A stretch of DNA of 64,000 nucleotides from a virus, in IMG/VR virus record IMGVR_UViG_3300033049_000013, positions 23,217 to 87,216 of that record; one strand, given 5' to 3'. The notes beneath the pieces were generated by a model, which did no database searches, had not been told where the DNA came from, and worked only from the letters and a program-made list of their open reading frames with translations. A program made the position numbers and the translations under genes. Positions 39,699 to 50,399 of the stretch are shown in pieces (the first letter of the stretch is position 1; every line of letters begins with the position of its first letter).

Positions 39699-41096
39699 TT
39701 AAAACCAACCTTTCTTAACATCAACTACTCTAGGTTTCTTAGTTGTATTTGGATTGACAACATTATTTCTATTTCTAGTACCCTTAGAGTTGTTACTCTT
39801 GCTTTCTAATCTCTGTACTATCTTAGATAATGTATTCTGTGAAAGTTGTTCAGGTTGTTCTGAACCTCCTACAAAATTACCTAAGTCCAAATCAAATTTA
39901 GATGTAAAATCTAAGAATTGTTGAAATAGTTCAGGATTATTTAATATAATTTCTTGTTTATATTGCCATAGTGGAACATATGAACCATCTTCTAATTGAA
40001 TAGGAACAGCTTCATCTACTATAGCTACTTTCTTAGCTGGTGACCAATCACGGCTATCTAGTAAATTACGAAATTCATTATCCCATAGTTCTTGTTCTAT
40101 TGAATCTTGCTCTGCTAGATATTGCTCTTCTTGCATTAACTGCATTACTCTAGCTTCTTCTACATCGGCTTCTTTATTAGCTCGTTCTACAAAGAACCTT
40201 TTAGCTAACTCAGCTTCTTCTTTTAACTTTAGATCCTCAGATAGTTTTTTAATCTCAGTAGGTATATTAGATATAATCTTTCTATCTCTACTATCTGCTT
40301 GATTTAAACCATCACTATAGTATAGTCGTACTATAGCTTTCTGAGCCTTCTCTGAACCTGTATTATAAGTAGAGAAATCAAATACCTTTTTAAGGGTAGT
40401 TTGCATCTTAGGTAAATCAGCAAAGCTTGAACCATAATATCCGTAATCAAGTAGTCTACTCATTAACGGGTCATGGGCAACTTGCGCTCTAACATAATCT
40501 AACGCTTCGTTTCTTTGCTGGTCTAGAGTCTCCATCTTATACATTTCCAATGTATTTACATCTAACTTAGAGTAGTCAACATTCTCAGGTAAACGTATAA
40601 AATCAAAATCTTCTAGTGTTTTGAATGCCAAAATATAAGGGTCTTCAGCGGCTTGTGGGTTATTATCTACTAATTGTTGTTGTGACCCTGGTGCTTGCTG
40701 CTGGTTATATTGATTCGAACCTTGTTGTGGCGTTTGTGTTCCACTGTCTCGGACAGGAGCTAAAAGACTCGTATCTTGTCCAACTTCCTCATCCAGAATG
40801 CTTTCCATGTTCTGCTTGAATGGATCAGGCGTGAAAGTAGGAACATTTGAATTTTGTTGTGTAGCAGGTGTATTACTAGAATAACTATTATTAGTATTAC
40901 TATTATTAGTTAAATGTGCTGGTACTTGGACTTGCAAACCTTCTTGGTTTGAATATGTGGGAGTATGCGTAGCTCCTGGATTATCTACTGATAAAGCCAT
41001 TTTCTGTGTTTCTTCATTGATGATGCTATCTACATCAAAATTAGTATCCCATGAAGTTGTAGCTAATTGATTAAAATCTGGTTGTTTATTAGACAT
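39699..41096 (-). CDS. Scaffold-like protein upstream of the MCP, 465 aa
   Basis: Disordered acidic Q/N-rich N-terminus, coiled-coil middle, basic C-tail; position directly before the MCP. Confidence 0.55.
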   Translation of the reverse strand: MSNKQPDFNQLATTSWDTNFDVDSIINEETQKMALSVDNPGATHTPTYSNQEGLQVQVPAHLTNNSNTNNSYSSNTPATQQNSNVPTFTPDPFKQNMESILDEEVGQDTSLLAPVRDSGTQTPQQGSNQYNQQQAPGSQQQLVDNNPQAAEDPYILAFKTLEDFDFIRLPENVDYSKLDVNTLEMYKMETLDQQRNEALDYVRAQVAHDPLMSRLLDYGYYGSSFADLPKMQTTLKKVFDFSTYNTGSEKAQKAIVRLYYSDGLNQADSRDRKIISNIPTEIKKLSEDLKLKEEAELAKRFFVERANKEADVEEARVMQLMQEEQYLAEQDSIEQELWDNEFRNLLDSRDWSPAKKVAIVDEAVPIQLEDGSYVPLWQYKQEIILNNPELFQQFLDFTSKFDLDLGNFVGGSEQPEQLSQNTLSKIVQRLESKSNNSKGTRNRNNVVNPNTTKKPRVVDVKKGWF

Positions 41097-41108
41097 ATTT
41101 TGTACTTA

Positions 41109-42767
41109 TTAATTATTATATATTGCTTTTTCTATAGATAGTATACTCTTAGCTACTGATACTGCATTAGTGATAGAGTCTATTAACACTCCTGTTGGAT
41201 CGTATACAGTGTAATCATCTAATGAATAAAATTCATTATTGATAACATTATATCCTTTATGTTTATTAGTGATTACTTGTCTAATACCTTCTTCTTGAAT
41301 ATCAGAGTTTAAGCAAAGTTGTTTAAATGGTTCTAATAATGATTCATATAATAATGATTCACCAAAATTTAATTCTTCGTCTCTAACTTCATTATGGGCA
41401 TGTATAAGGGCATAACCTCCACCAATACTAATTCCTCTATCAATAGATGCTTTAACTGCTTCTACCGCATCGTCTATCCTATCTTTTCTCTCTTTCATTT
41501 CTACATCGGTAGGTGCTCCTACGTGAATAACAGCAACTCCTCCTGCAAGTGTAGCCAAACGTCTTTTGTAGTATAGACGTTCATTATCACTTAATTCATC
41601 TTTCTCTAATCTACTTTTAGTTATTTCAATTAACTCAGTTACTATTTTAGTATCTGCACTACCTCCTAGTATAGAGGTGTAATCTTCTTCTACAAGTACT
41701 TCTTCTGCAAATCCTATAGCTCCAATATCTTCACTAGTTCCAGGTACAGCGCCAGTTAATGCTGCAATGTCATTCATAATTTCAATCTTCCTATCACCAA
41801 ATCCATCATGTTCTGTAAACATAATGTTAAATCCATTTGGATTCATTAGTTTAGTGTTGATTAACGATTGTAGTACAAAAGGTTCTACTTCATTAACTAC
41901 GAATAAAATAGGATGATTATTAATAATCTTACCTTGTTCATCGGCATTTACTGCTTTAATGTAAGGATCTAAATCCTTTTGACTTCTTACAGTATCATTG
42001 AATAATACAATGTAAACTTTATTAACTTTCCATTGCATTCTAGTAATATCAGAAAGAAATTGTGGTGCATAAAATCCTCTAGTATATTTAATACCTTTTA
42101 CTTTAGTAATTCTATCTACTGAGTTATGAGAATGCTTAACTTCTATATGTCCATAGATACCAATCTCTTGTACTATGTCATAAATAAATCTACCAATCTC
42201 TTCATCATTAGCAGAGATAGTAGCTACATGTAATAACTTCTCAAAGTTAGATTCAATAGGTAATGACTTACTTTCTATATACTTTATGATTTTTACCTTA
42301 GCTTCATCTAACTGTCTGGCTAAGTCATAAAAACTCACACCTTCACTCATTAGCTTAAAGCCTGCATTAATCAAGTACTGTGCTAAGATAGCTGTTGTAG
42401 TAGTACCATCACCACTTGACTTAACTGTCTTCTCCGATGCTTCTCTTACTATTTCAATTGCCATACGCATAATATGGTCATCAGAAGAGACTTGTTTAGC
42501 TACGGTAACACCATCCTTAGTAATTCTAGGACGTTGTGTCATAGGGTCATTAAATAGCACATTCTTACCTTTAGCACCTAATGTTACCTTTACTGTGTCT
42601 GCTAGTATATTTACACCCTCTAAAATTCTTTCTTTAATTGTCTTTTCTGTATATGTAGTCATACTAATATCCTCTTGATTTCCTTGTAACTCTTTAATTC
42701 TATCCTCTTTTCTTTTATCCATAGTCAAATAAAATGGATGTGGCGGTAAGTCTATTTCTTTACTCAT
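41109..42767 (-). CDS. groEL: Phage-encoded group I chaperonin (GroEL-like), 552 aa
   Basis: VKVTLGAKGKNV, ITKDGVTVAK, GDGTTT, FGDRK, LAGGVAVIHVGAPTDVEMKERKDRIDDA, GISIGGG, VYDP; no C-terminal GGM tail. Confidence 0.95.
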   Translation of the reverse strand: MSKEIDLPPHPFYLTMDKRKEDRIKELQGNQEDISMTTYTEKTIKERILEGVNILADTVKVTLGAKGKNVLFNDPMTQRPRITKDGVTVAKQVSSDDHIMRMAIEIVREASEKTVKSSGDGTTTTAILAQYLINAGFKLMSEGVSFYDLARQLDEAKVKIIKYIESKSLPIESNFEKLLHVATISANDEEIGRFIYDIVQEIGIYGHIEVKHSHNSVDRITKVKGIKYTRGFYAPQFLSDITRMQWKVNKVYIVLFNDTVRSQKDLDPYIKAVNADEQGKIINNHPILFVVNEVEPFVLQSLINTKLMNPNGFNIMFTEHDGFGDRKIEIMNDIAALTGAVPGTSEDIGAIGFAEEVLVEEDYTSILGGSADTKIVTELIEITKSRLEKDELSDNERLYYKRRLATLAGGVAVIHVGAPTDVEMKERKDRIDDAVEAVKASIDRGISIGGGYALIHAHNEVRDEELNFGESLLYESLLEPFKQLCLNSDIQEEGIRQVITNKHKGYNVINNEFYSLDDYTVYDPTGVLIDSITNAVSVAKSILSIEKAIYNN

Positions 42768-43152
42768 ACTTCAATTGTTTTTTCTTATTCTTACTCTTGC
42801 TTTTCTTATTCTTCTTTTTCTTTTTAAGTTCTTTTAAACATATTACTTCCGCTTTCTTCTCTACGAGAGATTTTAAGTTCCGTTCTTCATGAATAGTAGA
42901 TGCTAAGAAACCAGCTTCTTCCCCATAGCTAACCCAAGCCACCATTGTTACAGGAGGTAGTAAAGGTTGTCCTTTCTCATCTAAGCATTTTTCCCAAGTA
43001 TGTAGAATGTGTGACCGACTACCAAATGAATGTATTACTTCCACTACATCCATTAATTCATCCATCCTAGTGACTGGATTATTAAGCCAATCTTCAGGTC
43101 TACAGTAAATTAATTCTTTCGCTTTTTCTTTTAATCTTTCCTTCTTACCCAT
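42760..43152 (-). CDS. Hypothetical protein with Lys-rich tail, 130 aa
   Basis: ORF tightly coupled between portal and groEL. Confidence 0.6.
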   Translation of the reverse strand: MGKKERLKEKAKELIYCRPEDWLNNPVTRMDELMDVVEVIHSFGSRSHILHTWEKCLDEKGQPLLPPVTMVAWVSYGEEAGFLASTIHEERNLKSLVEKKAEVICLKELKKKKKNKKSKSKNKKKQLKYE

Positions 43153-43154
43153 TA

Positions 43155-45800
43155 CTAGCTTTTTGTAGGTTTATTTTTAGCTTTTATCTTTTCTAGTTTT
43201 TCTTTGCTTCTAGCTTCCATTTGTTTAACACTTAGATTTTGTTGTCTATTAGCATTCTCTTGGCGATCTTTCATTTCAGATTCTTGGGCTTGTTGTTTCA
43301 ACCTAGCATCTTCTTGACTAATCTTCAAGCGTTCAATATTCAATTTTTCTTGGTCATTAAATACTTGATTTCTAAATTGTTCTATTTCTAGCACATCTGG
43401 AAGACCATCTCTATCTCTATCTTTATCAGGGTCCCAAGCTAATGCTGATATTTGTTTACCTAAAATATCGTATTCACCTTTTAACTTAATCTCTTCTAGG
43501 CTATGTGCTCTATCAGTTTCCTGTTCTTTAGATGCCATATCTTGAAGTTCTTTTTCATGCTCTCTTTGTTGTTCAGCCATTTGGTCTTCACGACGGTCTA
43601 TATCCTTCTCTATGCCCATTAAATCTTCTTTGAACTCTATAAGGTTATCTGCACTAAGTAACTCCAGTAGAGTAGAAAATTTAGCCTTGTCATTTTGAAT
43701 TAAAGACTGTGCAAATCCTTTAGCTTCTTGAAGTGTTTGATAGTCTCTAGTATTATTACCTACTCGTACTGAGTATTCATCTTCTAATGAGATTAAGTTT
43801 AAATCAATTAAAGCTATTTCATCATCCGACAATAATTGCCTAACGAATCCAGATTCTCCATCTAATGTTTTCACAGCAGTTTCACATAATGTTTGAAGTA
43901 CTTCTTGCCACATCATTTCGTGACCTGCAAAGATACTATTAGTAATATTTAATGATTGTGCTAAATCTCTCTGATTATCAGTAACATTAGTACTGCTACC
44001 TGTTTGAGCTAATCGTTGGTCAGATACACCTGCCGCAGTCTTCATTTGATTTTCTACAAATTCTAATAGTTGAGTGTAATACGTCAACTGCTCAGAGTTA
44101 GATAAATCCAAACGTTCTGAAGGCTTAGTAGTATAAGCTACATTAGTACCTTGTGTATGAGCCAATGGATTATATGGTAGGTAACCTTGGTCTATAGCAA
44201 ATTGCATAGAACGTTCGTATCCTACTTCTTTATCCATCATAAGTATGTTAAGTAATTGGATTACTCCTTTATCTTGAGTAATAAGCTTCAACCACTTAGA
44301 AGCAATAATGTAATAAAGTTTTTGCCATGGCTTAATTCTATCCATAACACATACACTAAACGCATTTCTGTTATCATAAACATATCCATGTACAGGCATC
44401 TTAGTCTTATACGGATTTAAAATAGATTGGTACGCATTCTCGTAAGGTTCGATTTTAGCATAGATGTCACCATTAATACGAACTCCTTTCCATATTTCTG
44501 GAATCCAAATCCATTCTAATGACCTAGCTTCTCCATCCTTACTTTCCCATTCAAATCTAGTTCTAGCTTTAGAAAACATATCAGGCTTATAACTAGTCTT
44601 AGTTGCTCTGTCAGGAATTGGGTATTCTTCTTCTACAATAGAGGCTACACCTTTACCGTAGTCATCTTTATACCTAAGTATACCTGCTCTTCTTTGTGAC
44701 CTCCAAAACACTGTATATACTACAGCATAGTTTTCATATCTATGTCTTGACTTATCCGTGGCATATAAACCTTCTGATAGTACATTAGTAGTACCAGATG
44801 AAGGGACAGTTGCTAATGGGTGTTTAGCAGTATATTCATACTTCTTAAGATTATCCCAATGAGATGGGGATTCTCCATTTTTAGAATGGAATTTAGCATC
44901 AGTACCAAACACCTTACTATTGTATTGTTTTAATCTTTCTATATCTTTCTTGTGTAAACTATTGCCATACTTATCTAATACATCTGATACAGCCACTTCT
45001 TCTTTATAGCCTACGTAATCTGAATCCTGTATAAAAGGAGAATCTGAAGATTTGTGAAAGAATAAATTAAGTGCATTAATTTGCCTTACGTAAGGTATCT
45101 TAGTATGGTCATCTACACATACTTCAACAGCTTCAACTCCAGCAACTAGTGCATCTTCAAATGTAGCATTCTTCATCCACTTCAGATTTTGAGTTACTGC
45201 AATGGATTTCAAAAGCTTATGAATAGTTTTCTCTTTCTTAGATTTAAAATTGGTATATTTATCCTCTATAGCTTGAGGATTCAATATCTTCTCTTCCTTA
45301 ATCCTAGCTTCTTCTGTTATCTGTTCTATTACTTTCTCTGCTTCTTCAGGCGGAAGGTCTTTAGTCTTTAGCCCGGTAATAGCTTCTGTAATGGCAGTTT
45401 GTTTTTCTATCTCAAGTGCTAACTTACTATCTAAATAGTTACGATACTCTCTTTCCTTATCTCTTAACAATTCATTAGTTGCATTAGGTGATAAATTAAT
45501 AACACCAAAAGACCAAGGAAGTCTTGCTTCTTCTCCTTTCATAACCTCAATTATTGTATGAGTCTTATTAAAGGGTTCTACAAATTTCTTACCTTCACCA
45601 CTTGCTAATCCTAATGTATCACAATACTCTCTAAATTCTTCTTGGTTAACTTGATTATTCTTTAACCTATAGTTTTGCCATATGCGAAACCAATCATTTC
45701 CGAATTCATCGGTACGTGACGAAATTGCATCTACTTGGTTAATTCTCCACTGTCTATCCTTCTTACTAGTTGGTAGTCGTTGTTGTTCAAATGCTATCAT
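43155..45800 (-). CDS. Portal protein, 881 aa
   Basis: QQRLPTSKKDRQW, FEDALVAG, LEWIWIPEIWKGVRI, MDRIKPWQKLY, AGVSDQRL; follows the terminase. Confidence 0.9.
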   Translation of the reverse strand: MIAFEQQRLPTSKKDRQWRINQVDAISSRTDEFGNDWFRIWQNYRLKNNQVNQEEFREYCDTLGLASGEGKKFVEPFNKTHTIIEVMKGEEARLPWSFGVINLSPNATNELLRDKEREYRNYLDSKLALEIEKQTAITEAITGLKTKDLPPEEAEKVIEQITEEARIKEEKILNPQAIEDKYTNFKSKKEKTIHKLLKSIAVTQNLKWMKNATFEDALVAGVEAVEVCVDDHTKIPYVRQINALNLFFHKSSDSPFIQDSDYVGYKEEVAVSDVLDKYGNSLHKKDIERLKQYNSKVFGTDAKFHSKNGESPSHWDNLKKYEYTAKHPLATVPSSGTTNVLSEGLYATDKSRHRYENYAVVYTVFWRSQRRAGILRYKDDYGKGVASIVEEEYPIPDRATKTSYKPDMFSKARTRFEWESKDGEARSLEWIWIPEIWKGVRINGDIYAKIEPYENAYQSILNPYKTKMPVHGYVYDNRNAFSVCVMDRIKPWQKLYYIIASKWLKLITQDKGVIQLLNILMMDKEVGYERSMQFAIDQGYLPYNPLAHTQGTNVAYTTKPSERLDLSNSEQLTYYTQLLEFVENQMKTAAGVSDQRLAQTGSSTNVTDNQRDLAQSLNITNSIFAGHEMMWQEVLQTLCETAVKTLDGESGFVRQLLSDDEIALIDLNLISLEDEYSVRVGNNTRDYQTLQEAKGFAQSLIQNDKAKFSTLLELLSADNLIEFKEDLMGIEKDIDRREDQMAEQQREHEKELQDMASKEQETDRAHSLEEIKLKGEYDILGKQISALAWDPDKDRDRDGLPDVLEIEQFRNQVFNDQEKLNIERLKISQEDARLKQQAQESEMKDRQENANRQQNLSVKQMEARSKEKLEKIKAKNKPTKS

Positions 45801-45820
45801 TATAAATTATACTTTCATTT

Positions 45821-48340
45821 TTAAATATCGTTATACCACGATATACTATCTTTGGTATTTCCGTTATTCCTTTGATTTTCTTTATGAATCATTTTCTCTT
45901 TAGCAGTACCATAGTTATTAACATATAAACCTTTCCAAAAACTTGATACTGAATCAACTCCATCCATTTGACGTGCATGGGCAAGAAAATCTTCGTTCCA
46001 ATGTTCATTAATTTGTATAATAGCACCCATCAATGACATTACTGTATCGAAGTTACCTTTTCTATTGTACGCCATTAATTCTTCTAGTAAAGCCCTATCC
46101 TCTATCATATCTAGATTCCTTGCACCTTCTATTTCTACTACTTCGTCATACTCATTAACTACTTTTCTATTATTATGTCTAGTAAGTAACCATTCCAATA
46201 CTAAATCTTCTCCAATTTGTTTATGTCTTGTAGAACCCATTGAGTGTCCGTACTCTCTTAACAATGTTTTTGAATTAGGTAAATACTTAGAAATAGTCAT
46301 CTCAGGCTTTAACATTAATCTAGTTAATTGTTTCTTCCTAATGAAGTATTGCAATATACCACCATCTCTATCGTTTTCAAATGTAATCTTAGCGTTGTAA
46401 TATTTACTAAGTTTCATTAATAATTCATGTACATGCTGTTGTGGACGGTCGTTTGCTCTACCTCTATAAGTACAAACTATTCGTTCACATCCAAATTCGT
46501 GAACATACTTAGGTGTCTTCATCACAATGATAGAAGTCATAGATTTACCACTTACTGTATTTTGTCCAATTGGATCCACACTTATAATATATGCTCCATC
46601 AGGTACTTTATTATGTAGTTTCCTTGGAGCCTCATACCTTAGTAGACAACCTTCTTTATCTAGAGAAGTTACCATACGCTTATCCATTGGAGTTAACTTA
46701 TTATCTAAATCCACTTGAAAGTATACAGAATCTCCTGATTCCACTAATTCACCTTTAACTCTTAAACCTTCATATCCATGCTTAGATAATCTAATAGCAG
46801 AATCTCTAGCGTATAAATCAGCTACAGGGAATACATTACCTTCAGGTGTTAAGAATGCTTCCTTTGGAGTCTTACAATATTGCGTAAGGTACTTATTAAA
46901 CTGAGACTTATCTCCATGTTCTTGTTTGATTTTACGCTCCTTATTAATGTAAAGCTCTGCAACCCAGAAAGCAGCATTACCATTACTATCTAAAGCAGCA
47001 TAAGTTCGTCCGTTAACTGTTACTTCAGCTCCGAAACAAGCCCACATCTCTGGCACAAACCATCCAGCTTTCTTCTCTGTTCTTTCGTATTCATATATAT
47101 TATCGAAAGCCGCTAACTCAGCAGATAATGGTTCATTAAATAATTCACTAAAATCATAAGAATGACCTTTCTCTCCATTGGCTTTTACCATAGAACCTCC
47201 TGTACCAAATATAATTGCTAATCCTTTTATAATAGCACCTGGTTTTAGTACTGGTCTAGTAAACTCCCAAGCATCTTTAAGTTTTTCTGTCTTACCTGCC
47301 TCTTCAAAATAAACTCTATCTGCACCTTCTCCTGCAGCTTTATCTGGTCTGTTTGCTAGAGACACTGTTGAGATATTAGATAATCTACCTTTACGTACAG
47401 TAGTTTTAGTATTCTGTAATCCAAATGTAAACGAACCTGAATCAGCAGTCATAGACATAAGTATATGTTTCCAACCACCATTAGTTCTAGGATTACCTGG
47501 ATCTTTTCTACCAAAGGGTGTGTACTCAGTTAACCAGTCAATAATTACTACACACTTCTTAAAACATAGAGAAGCATCTCTACCTGTATCTGAAGCAATA
47601 AGTACTTTAGGGGGTGATGAATTCTTACTCTTAGGGAATGCTGTAACCCATACAGCACCAGAAGCTGCTTTAAATGAATATCCTTTACGTCTACTCTTAG
47701 CAACTACAATTCCTACTTTCTTATAACTCTTAGGTAAATCATATAAACTAGGTCTTTCTCTTGCATCTATCTCTTTAAAGAAATAGTAATCCATTACAAG
47801 GAAATGTGGGAAGTCACGAGAACCTACCATTTCTTCACTGTGTTCATCTTTCTGCATTAACTCAATAACACAGTAGTTTAAGTAGAAGTAAAACTCTCCA
47901 CTAATTCTAATACCACAAGGTTCACCATTAACAGTTGGTTCATAGCCATTAATTATCCGTTTAAGCTCTTCTTTCCAGAAATTCCTATAAGCTATAGTAC
48001 CTTTAATATGCTGTGTGTAGGAAGGCATTAAATTAGTTCCTACTACAGCGAATTTAGAAGCACTGAATGCTATTGCTGCAGGACGAAAAATATCTACATT
48101 AGTAAACTTCAAGTAATCCCACATCGTATTTGATACAGGGTCTTGAGTAGATAATCTACTTAATTCACCATAGAGTTTTTTAAACTGTGTATCTTGTATA
48201 CCTTCAGGTATAGCTTCTTGTATATCTTGTTCTGTTAATAATTCAAATACATTGGGATTTATCCACCTCTTTTCTCTAGGTATATATAGTGTATTATTCC
48301 TAGTCTTCTCTCTAGTCTTGTTTCTCGTTTTGTTTTTCAT
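45821..48340 (-). CDS. terL: Terminase large subunit, 839 aa
   Basis: ISGEFYFYLNY, Walker A-like AKSRRKGYSF, Walker B VYFEEAG, FGTGG, nuclease YIISVDP and GNFDTV. Confidence 0.93.
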   Translation of the reverse strand: MKNKTRNKTREKTRNNTLYIPREKRWINPNVFELLTEQDIQEAIPEGIQDTQFKKLYGELSRLSTQDPVSNTMWDYLKFTNVDIFRPAAIAFSASKFAVVGTNLMPSYTQHIKGTIAYRNFWKEELKRIINGYEPTVNGEPCGIRISGEFYFYLNYCVIELMQKDEHSEEMVGSRDFPHFLVMDYYFFKEIDARERPSLYDLPKSYKKVGIVVAKSRRKGYSFKAASGAVWVTAFPKSKNSSPPKVLIASDTGRDASLCFKKCVVIIDWLTEYTPFGRKDPGNPRTNGGWKHILMSMTADSGSFTFGLQNTKTTVRKGRLSNISTVSLANRPDKAAGEGADRVYFEEAGKTEKLKDAWEFTRPVLKPGAIIKGLAIIFGTGGSMVKANGEKGHSYDFSELFNEPLSAELAAFDNIYEYERTEKKAGWFVPEMWACFGAEVTVNGRTYAALDSNGNAAFWVAELYINKERKIKQEHGDKSQFNKYLTQYCKTPKEAFLTPEGNVFPVADLYARDSAIRLSKHGYEGLRVKGELVESGDSVYFQVDLDNKLTPMDKRMVTSLDKEGCLLRYEAPRKLHNKVPDGAYIISVDPIGQNTVSGKSMTSIIVMKTPKYVHEFGCERIVCTYRGRANDRPQQHVHELLMKLSKYYNAKITFENDRDGGILQYFIRKKQLTRLMLKPEMTISKYLPNSKTLLREYGHSMGSTRHKQIGEDLVLEWLLTRHNNRKVVNEYDEVVEIEGARNLDMIEDRALLEELMAYNRKGNFDTVMSLMGAIIQINEHWNEDFLAHARQMDGVDSVSSFWKGLYVNNYGTAKEKMIHKENQRNNGNTKDSISWYNDI

Positions 48341-48992
48341 AAGCTATTTCATTCATTAAACTGTCCATGAAAAATTCTCCTATAATACTATCTGCATTCT
48401 CTCCCTTAAATACAGAGGTAGTTACTTTCTTCCTTAGTAATAAAGTAGTTTCTATTGTCTTCTCCAACTTAGGCATAGTATCCATAATCATCTTAGCAAT
48501 CTTCATCTTCTGTTCTTGTAGATCTAATTTCATCTTCATAAGTTCTACCTTCTGATGAATAGAATCTGCCATCTTTATTTCTGTATCTATTTCTGTTAAA
48601 ATTTTCTCCAACTGGTCTGTATCTTGCCTTAATTGACCTAAATCATCTGCTAAGGCATCACAAGTTGCAACAGCAGCATTTAAGGCTCTCTTCTCCGCTG
48701 TGCCGTCTAATGACTTATATTTAGCTAATGCTGCAAGTACTCGCTTGGTAGGTTTCCATCTAGACTTACCTATAAAGTCTTTAATGATTTCATCTTCCTT
48801 ATTCTTTCTATCAAAGTAAGGAGATGCGTACTCCCACATATGATAGATGTAAGCTAACTCTTTTGCGTAGTCTACCTTCTCTTCTGTCTTATCTCCTTCC
48901 CATAACCTTTTAAATTCAGGAATATTAATACCTACAGGATTTAAGTAAGGTTGGTCGTTTATTACCGTAAATAACTTATCCTTTAGCTTCAT
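48312..48992 (-). CDS. Conserved coiled-coil protein upstream of terL (possible small terminase or packaging factor), 226 aa
   Basis: IPEFKRLW...KELAYIY...SPY pattern; overlaps the terL start. Confidence 0.5.
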   Translation of the reverse strand: MKLKDKLFTVINDQPYLNPVGINIPEFKRLWEGDKTEEKVDYAKELAYIYHMWEYASPYFDRKNKEDEIIKDFIGKSRWKPTKRVLAALAKYKSLDGTAEKRALNAAVATCDALADDLGQLRQDTDQLEKILTEIDTEIKMADSIHQKVELMKMKLDLQEQKMKIAKMIMDTMPKLEKTIETTLLLRKKVTTSVFKGENADSIIGEFFMDSLMNEIAYEKQNEKQD

Positions 48993-49404
48993 TTATTATA
49001 GTATTTACTTTTCTACGGATACTTCTAAGTTCCCATTTACTCAGTTGTTCTAGAATATCTAAATCAAAATCATTTTTAACTTCTATACCTGCTAAGTCTA
49101 CATCAGGTATCTCTAAATTGTGTTCTTCTTTAAATACTTCCCATTCTTTTTCTTCTAACATTTTACCCCATTTAAGTAGAGCATCTTCTTTATTAGCAGC
49201 ATAAAACAAATGTGGTGTAATACAACCACATTCAGTACAAGCTCCTTTATCTAAGCATTCCATACATAAGGCTGCTCTGTAAATAGCTTGTTCTTGTATA
49301 TGCAAATCTAATTGCATAAAAGAACTCTTCTCCTTAAATATGTTTATATTACCTTCAATAAAATTTCTAATATTACTTGGTTTAAATAATTGCTGTATCT
49401 TCAT
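48976..49404 (-). CDS. Cys-rich (Zn-binding) protein; likely start ATG 49404
   Basis: CMECLDKGACTECGC; the TTG at 49431 falls inside the upstream terminator. Confidence 0.6.
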   Translation of the reverse strand: MKIQQLFKPSNIRNFIEGNINIFKEKSSFMQLDLHIQEQAIYRAALCMECLDKGACTECGCITPHLFYAANKEDALLKWGKMLEEKEWEVFKEEHNLEIPDVDLAGIEVKNDFDLDILEQLSKWELRSIRRKVNTIINEAKG

Positions 49405-49423
49405 GATTCTAATATAATTTAAT

Positions 49424-49460
49424 AAAAACAAAAAAAGTCGATATATTACATACCGACTTC
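49424..49460 (-). terminator. Intrinsic terminator
   Basis: Minus strand AAGTCGGTAT-GTAAT-ATATCGACTT then TTTTTG. Confidence 0.8.
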
Positions 49461-49485
49461 CTAACTAACTAAAATGTGTACTATT

Positions 49486-50343
49486 TTATTTATCTTTTAC
49501 AATCCATTTATTTATAAATCCTATCCAACTTAGTAACAATATAAATCCTGCATACAAAGTAAAATGCATTACTATTGTATTCGTTAACATACTACCAAAT
49601 GTAGCTACGTAACTCTTTATACTATTAGTGGTACTCATTAAGAAAACAAGTACAAGTATTACAGAAGTAGATGATGCCAATACTTTTTTAAATCCTACAT
49701 ATTGTTCTATAGAATGTCTAATCGCTAGGAATGGATTGTTAGAATCTAGTCTATCAATCTCAACACTAAGGGCTACATTGTTATTAACTAACCTAGTATT
49801 ATCTTCTACTTGCTTTATGCTAGTATTAATACTAGTTTGATAGGCTACTTCTAATTCTTTAGACTCCTCTATCATAGTATCTTTCTGTGCCTTATCATTA
49901 ACTCTTTGATGTACTAAACTGTTTAAAGCTTTCTTTGCTCCTGTAAACTTATCCATTACTAAGTCTAGTTGACTAGTTAGCATTTTAGATTTACTCTCAA
50001 ATCTAGCTGCTTTCTTCTTAGCTTTAGTAGCTATACTCCTAGCAATTCTTAAGTCCTTACGATAAGGTTTAGTAATCTCATAAGTATCTAATTCTACTTC
50101 TACTTCCCTAATTTCAATAGTAGATGCAATAGTAGATTCACTAGCATTACTTAATTCGTATGTTAGTTGTTCAATTTGTAAGTGTAAACCATTAATAATC
50201 CCTTCTTGATTCTCCATCTCTCTACTTAAATTCCTATCGTATTCCCTTTCTCTATTTGCACATTCACGTTCTAAATCCTGAATAGTATTTCTTAGATCAT
50301 TTGCTTCTCCCATCTCTTCAAATATTAATTCTTGTTTATCCAC
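49486..50343 (-). CDS. Coiled-coil protein with two C-terminal TM helices, 285 aa
   Basis: Heptad-rich N-terminal ~200 aa; VILVLVFLM and LYAGFILLLSWIGFI segments. Confidence 0.65.
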   Translation of the reverse strand: MDKQELIFEEMGEANDLRNTIQDLERECANREREYDRNLSREMENQEGIINGLHLQIEQLTYELSNASESTIASTIEIREVEVELDTYEITKPYRKDLRIARSIATKAKKKAARFESKSKMLTSQLDLVMDKFTGAKKALNSLVHQRVNDKAQKDTMIEESKELEVAYQTSINTSIKQVEDNTRLVNNNVALSVEIDRLDSNNPFLAIRHSIEQYVGFKKVLASSTSVILVLVFLMSTTNSIKSYVATFGSMLTNTIVMHFTLYAGFILLLSWIGFINKWIVKDK

Positions 50344-50362
50344 TTTCTACTATTTATTTTAA

Positions 50363-50370
50363 CAAATATA
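50363..50370 (-). promoter_or_regulatory. Bacteroidota sigmaA-type -7 element (TATATTTG)
   Basis: Matches TAnnTTTG, 20 nt upstream of ORF 49486..50343; no clear -33 TTTG. Confidence 0.45.
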
Positions 50371-50399
50371 ATACATCCATTGCTAATAGATAATTAATA

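Noticed and set aside
45821-48340. Intein or intron in the terminase (frequent in crAss-like phages)
   Set aside because: The ORF is continuous with ATPase and nuclease motifs in order, and no intein C...HN or LAGLIDADG signature was seen
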